64,000 nucleotides of DNA from Acidobacteriota bacterium (lineage in GTDB: Bacteria > Acidobacteriota > UBA6911 > RPQK01 > JAJDTT01): positions 4,000,001-4,064,000 of the forward strand of contig CBDCJH010000002.1 in NCBI GenBank assembly GCA_965217775.1. Reading direction: 5' to 3'. The notes beneath the pieces were generated by a model that worked only from the letters and a program-made list of their open reading frames with translations, did no database searches and was not told the DNA's origin. Below, piece after piece: positions 27,059 through 36,976 of this stretch. The translations under genes and the position numbers were made by a program. Each line of letters begins with the position of its first letter. Position 1 is the stretch's first letter.

Positions 27059-27290
27059 AAACCCAACGCCGCCCTCACCAGAGTCCCCAAACACGATTTC
27101 TCTCTCCTCTTCCTGGAAACAGAGGAAATGGGAACGAGAAAAGCTCCCCCACCGGCCCGGTCCTCGTCTCCTTGTCTTCGGGACGGCGGGAACCGAGAAT
27201 GGGGAGGCCATTCCACGCATAACTCGGCGATGTCGTTCGGCGGCCGGGAAGAATTCCCGGGTCACGGGAGGAGGACGGAGGAAACTGGAA

Positions 27291-27651
27291 ATGAGGCTCC
27301 TTTCACTCCTGTTCACACTCGCCGCCGTTCCCACCGGTTCGATCGGTTTCTCCAAGGCCAATCCGATCCGGATCATGAATCCGAAGGAACTCGACCAACG
27401 GACACGGGCTCGGTCCGCGGGCCATCCTGAGCCGGGACCAGGGGCGAAACTGGGACTTCCGCCACGACCGGATGGTGATCAGCGACAAGAACCATGGAGC
27501 CAGCGGAGGCGGGTTTGGCAACACGGTTCAGCTTTCGGACGGCACTTTGGTCTCCGTCTACAGCTATCGTGGCCGGGACGGAAGGACATACGTCGAATCG
27601 GTCCGCTGGCGGCTCCCGGAAAGCAAATCGAATCCAGGACCCGGCCAGTGA
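27291..27651 (+). pseudogene. Internally deleted BNR/sialidase-like gene remnant
   Basis: Signal-like start MRLLSLLFTLAAV..PIRIMNPKEL joined out of frame to a C-terminal block LSRDQGRNW...GGGFGNTVQLSDGTLVSVYSYRG...ESVRWRLP*. Confidence 0.7.
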
Positions 27652-27718
27652 ACGAAGTCCTCGGTCTCGTCCGATCGAGAGCGTCCACCGGACGCCGATT
27701 CCAAGGAGTCACGACCAG

Positions 27719-28783
27719 ATGAAGGGATCTCTGCTGACACAACTGGTGGGGAGCTACAGCAAGCCCAGTTGGCTCATTCGTCACCACAGGGTCACGACCC
27801 CTTACGGCGACGACACGTTCTGGAGGCCGGAACCGGAAGTGCTCCAAGACGCGCAGGACGACGCGACCCGGCTCGCCATCGCCGATCAGGAGCGAGCGGG
27901 ACTGGACGTGATCACGGACGGTGAGGAGAGGCGGCATCGTTTCGATTCCTATTTCCTCCGTTTCCACGGTCTCGATACGACTCGGCTGGGCCAGTGGTCG
28001 ATGGCGGACCGGGACCTGAGCTTCATCCGACTCGATCCAGCCCTGAAAGGGCGTCTGGGCCAAGCCTTCGCGCCCCGGGTCGTGGACAAGGTGGGCTGGC
28101 CGGGGCCGACCGCCCTGGAAGATCTGCGTTTTCTGAAACGCCACACCTCACGTCCCGTGAAGATGACCGTCATCGGACCCCTGACGGCCGCCGCCCGCCT
28201 GGTCAACGAGTACTACCCCGATGAGAAGGCACTGGGAATGGACCTCGCTTCCGTCATCAACCGGGAACTGCGTGTCCTGGACGAGGAGGGCGCCGACGTC
28301 ATCCAGTTGGATGAACCCGATTTCCATTTCCGGGCCGACCAGGCCTGCCGCTGGGGGACCCGCGCTCTGGACGTCGCCCTGGAGGGAATCCGTTGCACCA
28401 CCGCGGTCCACATCTGCTATGGCTACGCACTGATCGGGAAGAAGCAGGTCAACCCCCGTTACGCGCAGGCGCTGGACTCGATTGCGGCTTCCCGCGCTCA
28501 ACAGATCAGCCTGGAGTATGAACAGCCCGGGCATGGCCCCGACGTCTTGCATCACTGCGGAGACAAGGAGGTCATCCTGGGATTGCTCAATCTGGGTTCG
28601 CGGGAAGTGGAAACACCGGAACACATCGCGCGGCGCCTCCGGGATGCGCTGGAAGTCGTCCCGGCGGAACGGCTGCGGGCAGCGCCGGACTGCGGAATGT
28701 GGTTCCTGCCGCGAGACGTGGCCTACGCCAAGCTGCAAGCGCTCGTGGACGGGGTCGCCATGGTGCGCGCGTCCCTGCCCTGA
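27719..28783 (+). CDS. Single-barrel cobalamin-independent methionine synthase II family protein (MetE C-terminal-like)
   Basis: VGSYSKP, DVITDGEERR, IQLDEP, Zn ligands HICYG, SLE, APDCG; AAGGAG RBS. Confidence 0.88.
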   Translation: MKGSLLTQLVGSYSKPSWLIRHHRVTTPYGDDTFWRPEPEVLQDAQDDATRLAIADQERAGLDVITDGEERRHRFDSYFLRFHGLDTTRLGQWSMADRDLSFIRLDPALKGRLGQAFAPRVVDKVGWPGPTALEDLRFLKRHTSRPVKMTVIGPLTAAARLVNEYYPDEKALGMDLASVINRELRVLDEEGADVIQLDEPDFHFRADQACRWGTRALDVALEGIRCTTAVHICYGYALIGKKQVNPRYAQALDSIAASRAQQISLEYEQPGHGPDVLHHCGDKEVILGLLNLGSREVETPEHIARRLRDALEVVPAERLRAAPDCGMWFLPRDVAYAKLQALVDGVAMVRASLP

Positions 28784-28805
28784 CCCAAACCGGACAGGAG
28801 TCGTC

Positions 28806-28913
28806 ATGGAGCGTGTGGCGTTCACTCTGCAGATCAAGGAAGGAAGCGAGGAATAATGCGACCGGAGACATCTTGCCGTCTGGCCCGGGCGCGGTCACGG
28901 ACGCGTGGGCTAA
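28806..28913 (+). pseudogene. L-rhamnose mutarotase-like remnant
   Basis: AGGAG RBS; MERVAFTLQIKEGSEE*CDRRHLAVWP resembles the family start (..EEY.RRH..VWP) with a nonsense codon at 28854 and truncation. Confidence 0.7.
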
Positions 28914-28927
28914 CCGTCGCCGGGACC

Positions 28928-29758
28928 ATGCCGGTGAGCGGCTCCACCTGGTCCTTCGTCGGCGCCACCCTGCCTGAGGCGGTTCGGATTTACGGTGCGT
29001 TGGGGATCGGGGCCGTGGATCTGATCGCCGTGCCGGGAAATCCCGATTCGCCCCAACTGGCGAGCGAGCAAATCCTCCGCCAGCCCCGAGAACTGGCGCA
29101 ACAGATCCTGGACTTGGGCATACCAGTCTCCAACCTCAACTACAACTTCGCCGCCAATTTCCACGAACGGGCCATCAACCACAAAGACGCGCACGTCCGG
29201 AGAAGAAATCGGGAAGACTACGGGTCCGTGATCGAGTTCTGCCGAGCCTGCCGGATTCCCTCCGTTACGGTGCTTCCGGGAATCGTGCAGGAAGGATGGA
29301 CTCGGGAAAAGGCCCTGGCCGTCGCGGCGGACGAATTGAACCACCTGTCCACCAGGTCCCGGAAAGCAGGTATCACCACCACTTTCGAAGCCCATGTCGG
29401 GTCGATTCTGGAGTCACCCCTGGACACTCTGTCCTTCATGCAAGCCAATTCCGAATTGAACCTGACCCTCGACTACGGCCACTTCATCTGTCTGGGCTAC
29501 GCTCAGGAGCAGGTGGACCCCCTCGTCCCGTACACGGCCCACGTCCATCTCAGGCAGGCGGCCACGAAGAAACTGCAGGCTCGATGGGATGAGGGGACGT
29601 TGGACTTCACCGGAATCGTCGGCAGGCTCGCCTCGGCGAACTACACCGGATTCCTGTCGCTCGAGTACGAGCACATGGAGGGATGGATGGACCTGGACCA
29701 GGCAGATGTCTTCACCGAAACCGTGAAGATGCGGAATCTATTGCGGTCCCTCGCCTGA
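28928..29758 (+). CDS. Sugar phosphate isomerase/epimerase (TIM barrel)
   Basis: FEAH, LTLDYGH, HVHLRQ, LSLEY metal-binding pattern. Confidence 0.85.
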   Translation: MPVSGSTWSFVGATLPEAVRIYGALGIGAVDLIAVPGNPDSPQLASEQILRQPRELAQQILDLGIPVSNLNYNFAANFHERAINHKDAHVRRRNREDYGSVIEFCRACRIPSVTVLPGIVQEGWTREKALAVAADELNHLSTRSRKAGITTTFEAHVGSILESPLDTLSFMQANSELNLTLDYGHFICLGYAQEQVDPLVPYTAHVHLRQAATKKLQARWDEGTLDFTGIVGRLASANYTGFLSLEYEHMEGWMDLDQADVFTETVKMRNLLRSLA

Positions 29759-29794
29759 CTCCCGGTGGACGACGCGCGTTCGAGGCCTGTCCCG

Positions 29795-31228
29795 CTAAAC
29801 CAGAAGCTCCTTGAGGATCTCACCGTGCACGTCGGTGAGACTCATGTCCCGCCCGCCGAACCGGAAGGTCAGCTTGTCGTGGTCCAGTCCGAGCTGATGG
29901 AGAATCGTGGCGTGGACGGAGTGGATCGAGGTCGGCTTTTCGACGACTGAGTTTCCAAATTCGTCCGTCGTCCCGTAGGTGAAGCCTGGTTTGAAGCCCC
30001 CTCCGGCCAGGAAGATGGAGTAACCGTTCACATGATGGTCGCGGCCCACACCCTCCTTGAGCTTGGGAGTATGCGGGGTCCGGCCCATCTCGCCGCCCCA
30101 GAGCACGATCGTGGAATCGAGCAGCCCACGCTGCTTCAAGTCCTGGATCAGCGCTCCGACGCCCTGATCGGTGATCATGGAGTTTTCTTCGTGGTACTTC
30201 TTCAGATTGCTGTGCTGGTCCCAGGGAGAGTTGTTGGCATGGGTCAGGGGACAGGCGACCTCCACGAAGCGCACGCCCCTCTCCACCAGACGCCGGGCAC
30301 GGAGACACTGCAGACCGTAGAACTTCTTGTATTCGTTTGAGCTGTCGAGCCCATACATCTTCTGGGTGGCCTCGGCCTCGCCGCTCACGTCGGCCAGTTC
30401 GGGCATCGCCGTCTGTAGATGGAACGCCGTCTCATAGTTCTTGATGACCGCCTCGATGGCGTTGTCCCCGGTCGTGGCGGCGAACCTCATGCTCTGCTCC
30501 CGGAGCAGGTCGAGTTTGCGCCGCTGCACCGCCGGATGATCCGCCGGCATGATGTTTTCCATCACAGGATTTCGAGCTCGCAGCACGTTGGGCGCATGCG
30601 ATGCGGGCAGGAAGGAATTGCTGAAATTCTCCCAACCGCCGTTGGGAACCCTCAATCCGTTGTCCAGCAGGACATAGTTCGGCAGGTTGTCCCGCTCACT
30701 GCCGAGGCCGTAGGAGACCCACGACCCGAAGCTGGGTGACCGGCCCGTAAGGCGCCCGGTGTGCATCAGCAGGTTCTGCTGGCCGTGCAGCGGAACCTGA
30801 CCCACCATGGAGCGGACCAGGCAGATGTCGTCCACCACCTTGGTGATGTGGGGAAACAGTTCGCTGACCCAGATTCCGCTCTTGCCGCGCCGCTTGAACT
30901 CCCAGGGGGTACCCAACCAGACTCGGTCGGCCGTCGATTGCGACTTTTCCGAAACCGCCGATTTCCCGATCGCTTCTCCCTCGTGTTTCTTCAACCTGGG
31001 CTTGTAGTCGAACAGGTCGACATGGCTCGGCCCCCCGTCCATGAAGCAGAAGATGACGTTCTTCGCTTTTGCGGGGAAATGGGTCTTGCCGTCGACCAAC
31101 GAGGCTCCCAAGCCGTACTCTTCGGCCAGCAGCGCCGACAGGGCCAGGGCCCCGAAACCGGTGGAAGTCTTGCGCAACAATTCACGGCGGCTGATGGGTG
31201 GGTATTCGATCAGTCCCTTAGCGTACAT
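29795..31228 (-). CDS. DUF1501 domain protein (Tat signal)
   Basis: SRRELL, AKNVIFCFMDGGPSHVDLFDYKP, WDQH, GEMGRTP, GRDHH. Confidence 0.9.
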   Translation of the reverse strand: MYAKGLIEYPPISRRELLRKTSTGFGALALSALLAEEYGLGASLVDGKTHFPAKAKNVIFCFMDGGPSHVDLFDYKPRLKKHEGEAIGKSAVSEKSQSTADRVWLGTPWEFKRRGKSGIWVSELFPHITKVVDDICLVRSMVGQVPLHGQQNLLMHTGRLTGRSPSFGSWVSYGLGSERDNLPNYVLLDNGLRVPNGGWENFSNSFLPASHAPNVLRARNPVMENIMPADHPAVQRRKLDLLREQSMRFAATTGDNAIEAVIKNYETAFHLQTAMPELADVSGEAEATQKMYGLDSSNEYKKFYGLQCLRARRLVERGVRFVEVACPLTHANNSPWDQHSNLKKYHEENSMITDQGVGALIQDLKQRGLLDSTIVLWGGEMGRTPHTPKLKEGVGRDHHVNGYSIFLAGGGFKPGFTYGTTDEFGNSVVEKPTSIHSVHATILHQLGLDHDKLTFRFGGRDMSLTDVHGEILKELLV

Positions 31229-34200
31229 AGATGAACTCCGTAGTATTGAAGAGGGCGTGGGCCGTGTCCTTCCATACCGCCACTGACTGCAGGAGGTCCT
31301 CCGAGGACCGGCTGCCATCCGAGCGGCTCTGATGAAAAGAGTTGAAATCATGAACCGCCTGGGTCCACCGGGTCAGTTCGGCCGACTCCGGCTCCCGCCC
31401 CAGGGCATACCGGAACATGACGGTCAGCCGCTGCTCGGGCGAATCGTGCGATTTGGAGATCAACCGGCGGGCCCAAAATTCGGCCTGCCCCGCAACGAAG
31501 GGATCGTTGAGCATGGTCAGGGCCTGATTGGGCACATTGGTGACGTCACGCCGGCCGGTGGGCATCTTCGGAATGGGCTTGTTGAACGTCTCCAGGAACT
31601 TGTACGGTTCCATGATCGTGTTTCGGAGGTAGATGGAACGCCGTCCGGCCCCGTCCAAGGGCCCCGAGAAATAGGTCTGATCCGCCTTGACCACCTTGCT
31701 CTTGGGCCGGTAGGGATCCACGAAACCGCCCAGGAGCTGAGGATCGAGACGTCCGGAGACGGCGAGCATGGCGTCCCGGATGGACTCGGCGTCCAAGCGG
31801 TGGAGCGGATAATGGTGCAGCATCCGATTGGAGGGGTCCACCTCATGGGCCCGGCCGCGGGCCTGATTCGATTGCTGAAACGTCTCCGTCATCACCAGCA
31901 TCCTGACCAGCTTCTTCACCGACCAGCCCTCTTGGACGAAGCGGCCGGCGAGATAGTCCAGCAGTTCGGGGTGAGAGGGCCGGTCGCCGAGATGACCGAA
32001 GTCATCGGGGGTTCGGACAATTCCGGATCCGAAAACCCAGTGCCAGACCCGATTCACGAAGACGCGGGCCGTGAGGGGGTTCTCGGAACTGGCGATCAAT
32101 CGGGCCAGGTCCAGGCGCCCGCTACCCTTGGGGTCTGAGCCGTTGGACGGGCCCGACAGCACCCGGATATGTCCGCGCGGCACCCGCTCACCATAATCCG
32201 TGTACACGCCACGGACGTTGAGGCGGTAGTCGCGGCCCGGATCCAGGTCGGCCATGCTCAGGACCGTCACCGGGTCGACCAGCTTCTCCTCGGCCTCGCG
32301 GTAGGAGGCGACCAACTCCCAGATCTCTTTTCGAGCAAGCATGTTACCGGGCAGCAGATGGTTCGGCACCAGTCCAGCTTCCAGCATCCAGTTGATCAAG
32401 AGGACGTCCTCTTCGTCCGCGCGACCCTCGGCCCAGTCTTCCACCGACGCCGCAATCCACTCTCCGTAGCGGGCGGAGAGCTGTGGAAGATCGACCGGAG
32501 CATCAGCAGCGAACAAAGAAGTGAACCGGCCCAGCTCGTCGGCGGGCGATTCCTTCTTGTCGTGCAGGAATACGCGGGTCACACCGAACCAACTCCGGGC
32601 ATCCCGGGCCTCGGCCGCCGAGACGTCGGGACCGAGTCCCACTCTCGGGGGAAAGTTGGGGTTCGAGGCCTTGGTCGCCAACTCGATGTAGATTCGAGTC
32701 TCCTCGGATTCGTCGGGACTCGGCGAACGATTGGTTCTGGCGTCTGCCGTATTCGAATGGCGGATCCAGTGGGGACGGTGGTCCTTCAGATAAGTCTGCC
32801 GCTCCGTCCGGAACGAATTGTCCACGATCAGCCGTTGAGCGCTGTAGTCGCCGCCGATCACCTCCATGCTGAGGTAGGACCGGCCGGAATGATTCAGAAA
32901 CGGGGTCCGGACCGCCCCGTTGAGCCGGGGCGAGAGCGCGTGTGTGAACAGTCCGGCGGGCAGGAGCATTTCCACCGCCCCGGAACCCTCGAGCGCCACC
33001 GTGAAATCGCCGTTTTCGACCCAACCGTGGCGCACTCCGACCCCATCCACCGACCATCCCTCGGGAAGGTCTCTGCGGCCGAAGTCGGCGGCGAGGGAAA
33101 AGTCCCTGGCGTTGTTCTCAATTCGTTCCCGGCGAGCCTGCGAATATTCCCCGGCGAGCTTCCGCCAGGCCATTTCCAGTTGCTCACCCTCGATCAGGGA
33201 TTCCTGTATTTCCAACCAGGGAAAGAGGGGGCTGGACATGGTGTCCCGTGCAGCCGATTCGGCCGCTTCCTCCTCGTCCTCTTTCGTGGTCTGTCCCTCG
33301 AAGGGCCTGGGACTGATCGCCTCCTCCCAGACGGCGAGACGAGCCCGGTCCAGATCCTGCGCCGCCTCTGCCGCATCCATCCGGCCTTCGACGACGGCTT
33401 GCGCCGCCATCAGGTACCGGGGGATCTGCCGCGCTTCCTCCAACCACCAGTCCGCCAGCGGCTTGCGGAGTGTCGTCTTCAAAGCCGCCAGCTCTTCCAG
33501 AACCTTCCGGTTGCGTTCCGGGAGGTCCAGCGTATGGGTCACCCAGCGTGAGCTCATGAACACGCCGCCCAGAGCGTAGTAGTCCTGCTGGGCGATGGCG
33601 TCATATTTGTGATTGTGGCAGCGGGCGCAGGCGACCGTGGTCGCCTGGAACGCCTTGGAGAAGGTGTCGACCTTGTTGTCGAGCATCTCCTGGTGGATGC
33701 CGTTGAACATCAGGCTGTCCCCGTGACGGTTCTCACCCATCTGGAACCAGGTGGGGCCGATCATCGACTCGTTGATCTGCCTGGCGGCGTCGATTCGCGG
33801 TTGTGACAGGAGATCACCGGCAATGTGCTCGTGTACAAGCTGGTCGAAGGGGATGTCCGCGTTGAAGGCGCGGATCAGATAGTTCCGATACAGCCACGAA
33901 CCCTTGATCTGGGCATCCGTTTCATAGCCATAGGTATCACTGTAACGGACCACGTCCATCCAGTGCCGCGCCCACTCCTCTCCAAAATGGGACGAGTCCA
34001 ACAGGCGGTCCACCCCCTGAGCATAAGCGGCTTCAGGGTCGGGATTCCGGAGGAAGGCTGCAACTTCCTCGGGCTTCGGGGGAAGTCCGGTCAGCAGGTA
34101 GCTCACCCGCCTCAACAGGGTGCGCCGATCGGCGCGCGGCGCCGGCGTCAAGCCATTCGCCTCCAGCTTGGCCAGGAGAAAGCGATCGACGGGTTGATTC

Positions 34201-34757
34201 GACCACTCCTCCCGTTGGACTTCCGGTACCGCCGGTTTCGAGACCGGCCGCAGCGACCACCAGCGGCTGCGGTCCTGATAGACCTGCTCCCAATCGGAAT
34301 GAGCCTCGTCCACCGCGGCAGCTTCCGGCCCGGTGGCGTCTTTCGGAGCGGCCGCCCCGAGGCGCACCCATCTTTCGAAGACGTCGATCAGCTCAGCGGA
34401 CAGTTGTTCGCCGCCCAGGGGCATGGGCAATCCGGGTCCCTGGTGACGGAGGGCTCGAATCAGAAGGCTCGCGTCGGGATCACCCGGGATGATGGCCGGC
34501 CCCGACTTGCCGCCCTTCTCCCAGCCGTCCGGAGAGTCGAGCCGCAATTCTCCCTGCGCAAGATCGGCGCTGTGGCAGACGAAACAGTTCTCGGCCAAAG
34601 CCGGACGGATGTTCCGCTCGAAGAATTCCCGGGCTTCGGGAGAGATATCGACCTTCCCTGCTCCTGCAGCCTGAACCAGGCCGAAGCTGCAGAAGAGAAT
34701 TCCTGCAAGGATCGACAGCAGCAACCCATTGCCGGAACTGGGACCCGAACTCGACAT
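31218..34757 (-). CDS. Planctomycete cytochrome c + DUF1549 (PSCyt2) + DUF1553 (PSD1) protein (start uncertain, ORF opens at 34859)
   Basis: CFVCH and CARCH heme motifs; GEEWARHWMDVVRY, TARVFVNRVW, PSHPELLDYLA, QALTMLN. Confidence 0.9.
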   Translation of the reverse strand: MSSSGPSSGNGLLLSILAGILFCSFGLVQAAGAGKVDISPEAREFFERNIRPALAENCFVCHSADLAQGELRLDSPDGWEKGGKSGPAIIPGDPDASLLIRALRHQGPGLPMPLGGEQLSAELIDVFERWVRLGAAAPKDATGPEAAAVDEAHSDWEQVYQDRSRWWSLRPVSKPAVPEVQREEWSNQPVDRFLLAKLEANGLTPAPRADRRTLLRRVSYLLTGLPPKPEEVAAFLRNPDPEAAYAQGVDRLLDSSHFGEEWARHWMDVVRYSDTYGYETDAQIKGSWLYRNYLIRAFNADIPFDQLVHEHIAGDLLSQPRIDAARQINESMIGPTWFQMGENRHGDSLMFNGIHQEMLDNKVDTFSKAFQATTVACARCHNHKYDAIAQQDYYALGGVFMSSRWVTHTLDLPERNRKVLEELAALKTTLRKPLADWWLEEARQIPRYLMAAQAVVEGRMDAAEAAQDLDRARLAVWEEAISPRPFEGQTTKEDEEEAAESAARDTMSSPLFPWLEIQESLIEGEQLEMAWRKLAGEYSQARRERIENNARDFSLAADFGRRDLPEGWSVDGVGVRHGWVENGDFTVALEGSGAVEMLLPAGLFTHALSPRLNGAVRTPFLNHSGRSYLSMEVIGGDYSAQRLIVDNSFRTERQTYLKDHRPHWIRHSNTADARTNRSPSPDESEETRIYIELATKASNPNFPPRVGLGPDVSAAEARDARSWFGVTRVFLHDKKESPADELGRFTSLFAADAPVDLPQLSARYGEWIAASVEDWAEGRADEEDVLLINWMLEAGLVPNHLLPGNMLARKEIWELVASYREAEEKLVDPVTVLSMADLDPGRDYRLNVRGVYTDYGERVPRGHIRVLSGPSNGSDPKGSGRLDLARLIASSENPLTARVFVNRVWHWVFGSGIVRTPDDFGHLGDRPSHPELLDYLAGRFVQEGWSVKKLVRMLVMTETFQQSNQARGRAHEVDPSNRMLHHYPLHRLDAESIRDAMLAVSGRLDPQLLGGFVDPYRPKSKVVKADQTYFSGPLDGAGRRSIYLRNTIMEPYKFLETFNKPIPKMPTGRRDVTNVPNQALTMLNDPFVAGQAEFWARRLISKSHDSPEQRLTVMFRYALGREPESAELTRWTQAVHDFNSFHQSRSDGSRSSEDLLQSVAVWKDTAHALFNTTEFIYVR

Positions 34758-35020
34758 CCGTGAACGACTGGTCTGCACGAAGGTCGGATTAGGCCATTTG
34801 TCGGAGAGACGCCGAAGAATTACCCGAGCACGGTACACGGTATTTTGACACCTGGACACCCGACCATTTGGTTTGAACGTATGGGCCGTAGATTACGACA
34901 TCCATTCCACCACTGTCAATCGCCGGAGTTGGTCGCAGACCGGCTCGCGCGTCAGCCTTTGCTCCACGCTTCGGACCAACCTATCATGCCTTGGCCCGCC
35001 GGCTGACTCCGGAGTCGATG

Positions 35021-35127
35021 ACATGTTGGACAACCGGTCGAACCCGCGCCGCGCCCTGGTCACCGGGGGCGCCAGCGGCTTCGGGCACGCGACTGCCGCG
35101 GCCCTGCTGGACCGCGCCCACCGGGTG
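35021..35127 (+). repeat. Degenerate copy of the 5' end of the SDR gene at 36984-37090
   Basis: 107-bp direct repeat, about 94/107 identical by manual alignment; encodes MLDNRSNPRRALVTGGASGFG then diverges. Confidence 0.85.
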
Positions 35128-35301
35128 GCCAGCTATCTATGGTCCGTACCGGTTCAGCGCATTCGGGACGGTCAGGTAACAATGGATGGTTGGCAAGGAA
35201 TTCCTGAGGTGTCGAGAGGTCGGGCGGGTGGCCTCGGATGCCAGTGGCGGTAACATTGGAACCGCTGTTGCAGCGCGAAGCGGATGTCGTCCACCAACGC
35301 C

Positions 35302-35441
35302 CTAGCCCGCATTTCTCACCAGGTCGCTACGCGTATGATGAAAAATAATCTGTTTTTGAGCATTTACGCAGAATTTTCCAAGGTTTCTCCGGGACAGCCT
35401 GCGCTGGGGGCGCGCGCTCTCTGGTGAGAAATGCAGGCTAG
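35302..35441. mobile_element. MITE-like element, family C
   Basis: Ends CTAGCCCGCATTTCTCACCAG / CTGGTGAGAAATGCAGGCTAG (1 mismatch); CTAG at both ends (TSD or TIR tip); no ORF. Confidence 0.8.
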
Positions 35442-35481
35442 AGTAGAAGTGCAGTGACGACTCTTGTGAAGGGCCGGCCGT

Positions 35482-36828
35482 TCAACTCGCACCATTGCCG
35501 GCAAACTTGGCGAGCAATGGGATGGATTCGACCCCCATCTCGAAATAGTGGGGATCTTTCTCTATTCCGATCGACTCGTATCCCAACGCCTCGGCTGCCG
35601 CCAGCGTAGATCCTGCACCCGCAAAGGGATCGACGACCACACCTTCCCCCAAAGGAAGAACGCCCCTCACAAGCTGCCGCAAGAACTGTTGCGGCTTCAG
35701 GCTGGGGTGCGGAGCCAGTGCCCTTTCATTTTTTCTGGTCGGCGAGGATCTAATGACATCGCCAAACGGTTTCGCGTCCGAGGGCCGCCGGAAGCCCCCC
35801 GTTTTCCACTTCCGAAGATTGTCCTGTATCCTCCCTTCGACTGGTTTGCGGAACAGAATCCACGGTTCCCACATCGATCTAGGCATGACGCTGACGTCCT
35901 TGAACTCCTGGTGGGCTGCTTTTGGCCGATCCCCTCCCCGCATGGTCATCACCAGCCGGATAATTTCACCCCGTCGTTCCAACCCGGCATCGGACAGCGC
36001 ATTGGAGACGATGAATGAGAGCAGCGGATTGGACGCAACGATCACATTCGCCCCAGGTACCAACTTGGGGGCCAGGAGGCGCGCCCAGACAAAGAAAAAC
36101 GTGCGAATCTGCTCTCGCTGTGAATCGGTCAGCGTAGTGAAGAGAGGCAGCGGCGATCTTTTGTGTCCATCGAAGGAAGGAGGAATTCGCCAGACTCCTC
36201 CCTTGCCCCGTCTCAGTTTCCGTTGCTCCTTCGGAGAGTATTCCTGCAGACCGTAGGGCGGGTCCGTAACTACGGCGTGGATGGTCGCATCGGTCCGGCG
36301 ATCCAGCCAATCAAAACAGTCGCCATGGACCAGTGTCGCCATCCCATATCGAAATGGCTCATTCCAAAGTTCTGTACTGTTCAGGCGACGCAGCCAACTG
36401 CCAACGTAACCTTTGCGAAGCCGGTAGAAACCCCGTTTCTCCCTACAGAACAGATCTGGTGTATTCAGTCTCAACAGTCCGTGGTGAAAGTCCCGCGAGC
36501 ACCGAGACCGTTCCTGCGCCCGCCGGACAAGGCGCGATTCGGGTGCATACCGGGAGTATGTGCCCGAATCGCAACGCCGTCCGCCGGGATGCAGGGACGG
36601 TCGAATGCCGTGATGACTTTTGCCACGGGCTGTCAAGTAAGATCGCACCGAGGATTCAGGCGTTGAGCCCATGACTCGAGTCACTCTTTGCTCGATCTGC
36701 TGCACTGACAGGGCCTCGGATGTCAGATTCAGAATCTGGAGGATGGCGTCACGGACCCGCCCGGGAGCAGGTCTGGCCTTCTTGCTGCTGATACCGATGA
36801 AACATCCGATAAGTCGTCCAGACGTCAT
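35482..36828 (-). CDS. Site-specific DNA methyltransferase (N4-C/N6-A, beta class) with N-terminal HTH-like region and a 54-aa in-frame insert
   Basis: VVTDPPY precedes HPSLKP and VDPFAGAGST; SSVRSYL|RLNTP split by the element A copy; start uncertain. Confidence 0.88.
   Translation of the reverse strand: MTSGRLIGCFIGISSKKARPAPGRVRDAILQILNLTSEALSVQQIEQRVTRVMGSTPESSVRSYLTARGKSHHGIRPSLHPGGRRCDSGTYSRYAPESRLVRRAQERSRCSRDFHHGLLRLNTPDLFCREKRGFYRLRKGYVGSWLRRLNSTELWNEPFRYGMATLVHGDCFDWLDRRTDATIHAVVTDPPYGLQEYSPKEQRKLRRGKGGVWRIPPSFDGHKRSPLPLFTTLTDSQREQIRTFFFVWARLLAPKLVPGANVIVASNPLLSFIVSNALSDAGLERRGEIIRLVMTMRGGDRPKAAHQEFKDVSVMPRSMWEPWILFRKPVEGRIQDNLRKWKTGGFRRPSDAKPFGDVIRSSPTRKNERALAPHPSLKPQQFLRQLVRGVLPLGEGVVVDPFAGAGSTLAAAEALGYESIGIEKDPHYFEMGVESIPLLAKFAGNGAS
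36475..36632. mobile_element. Palindromic MITE-like element, family A, copy 2 (158 bp), in frame within the methyltransferase gene
   Basis: Same TIRs as copy 1; TCAA duplicated at 36471-36474 and 36633-36636. Confidence 0.92.
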
Positions 36829-36976
36829 TTGTCAAGGACATGTGGGGTTCAGTACATTTGAGACGGTCAGGTAGCGGACGGAAATCGGGCAAGAATGGGG
36901 CGAGGCATCCGAAGACTGACGGAACGAGCCAAAGACGTCCTGAACTCGACTGCTCGCTCCGCAAGGTCATCGGGTA

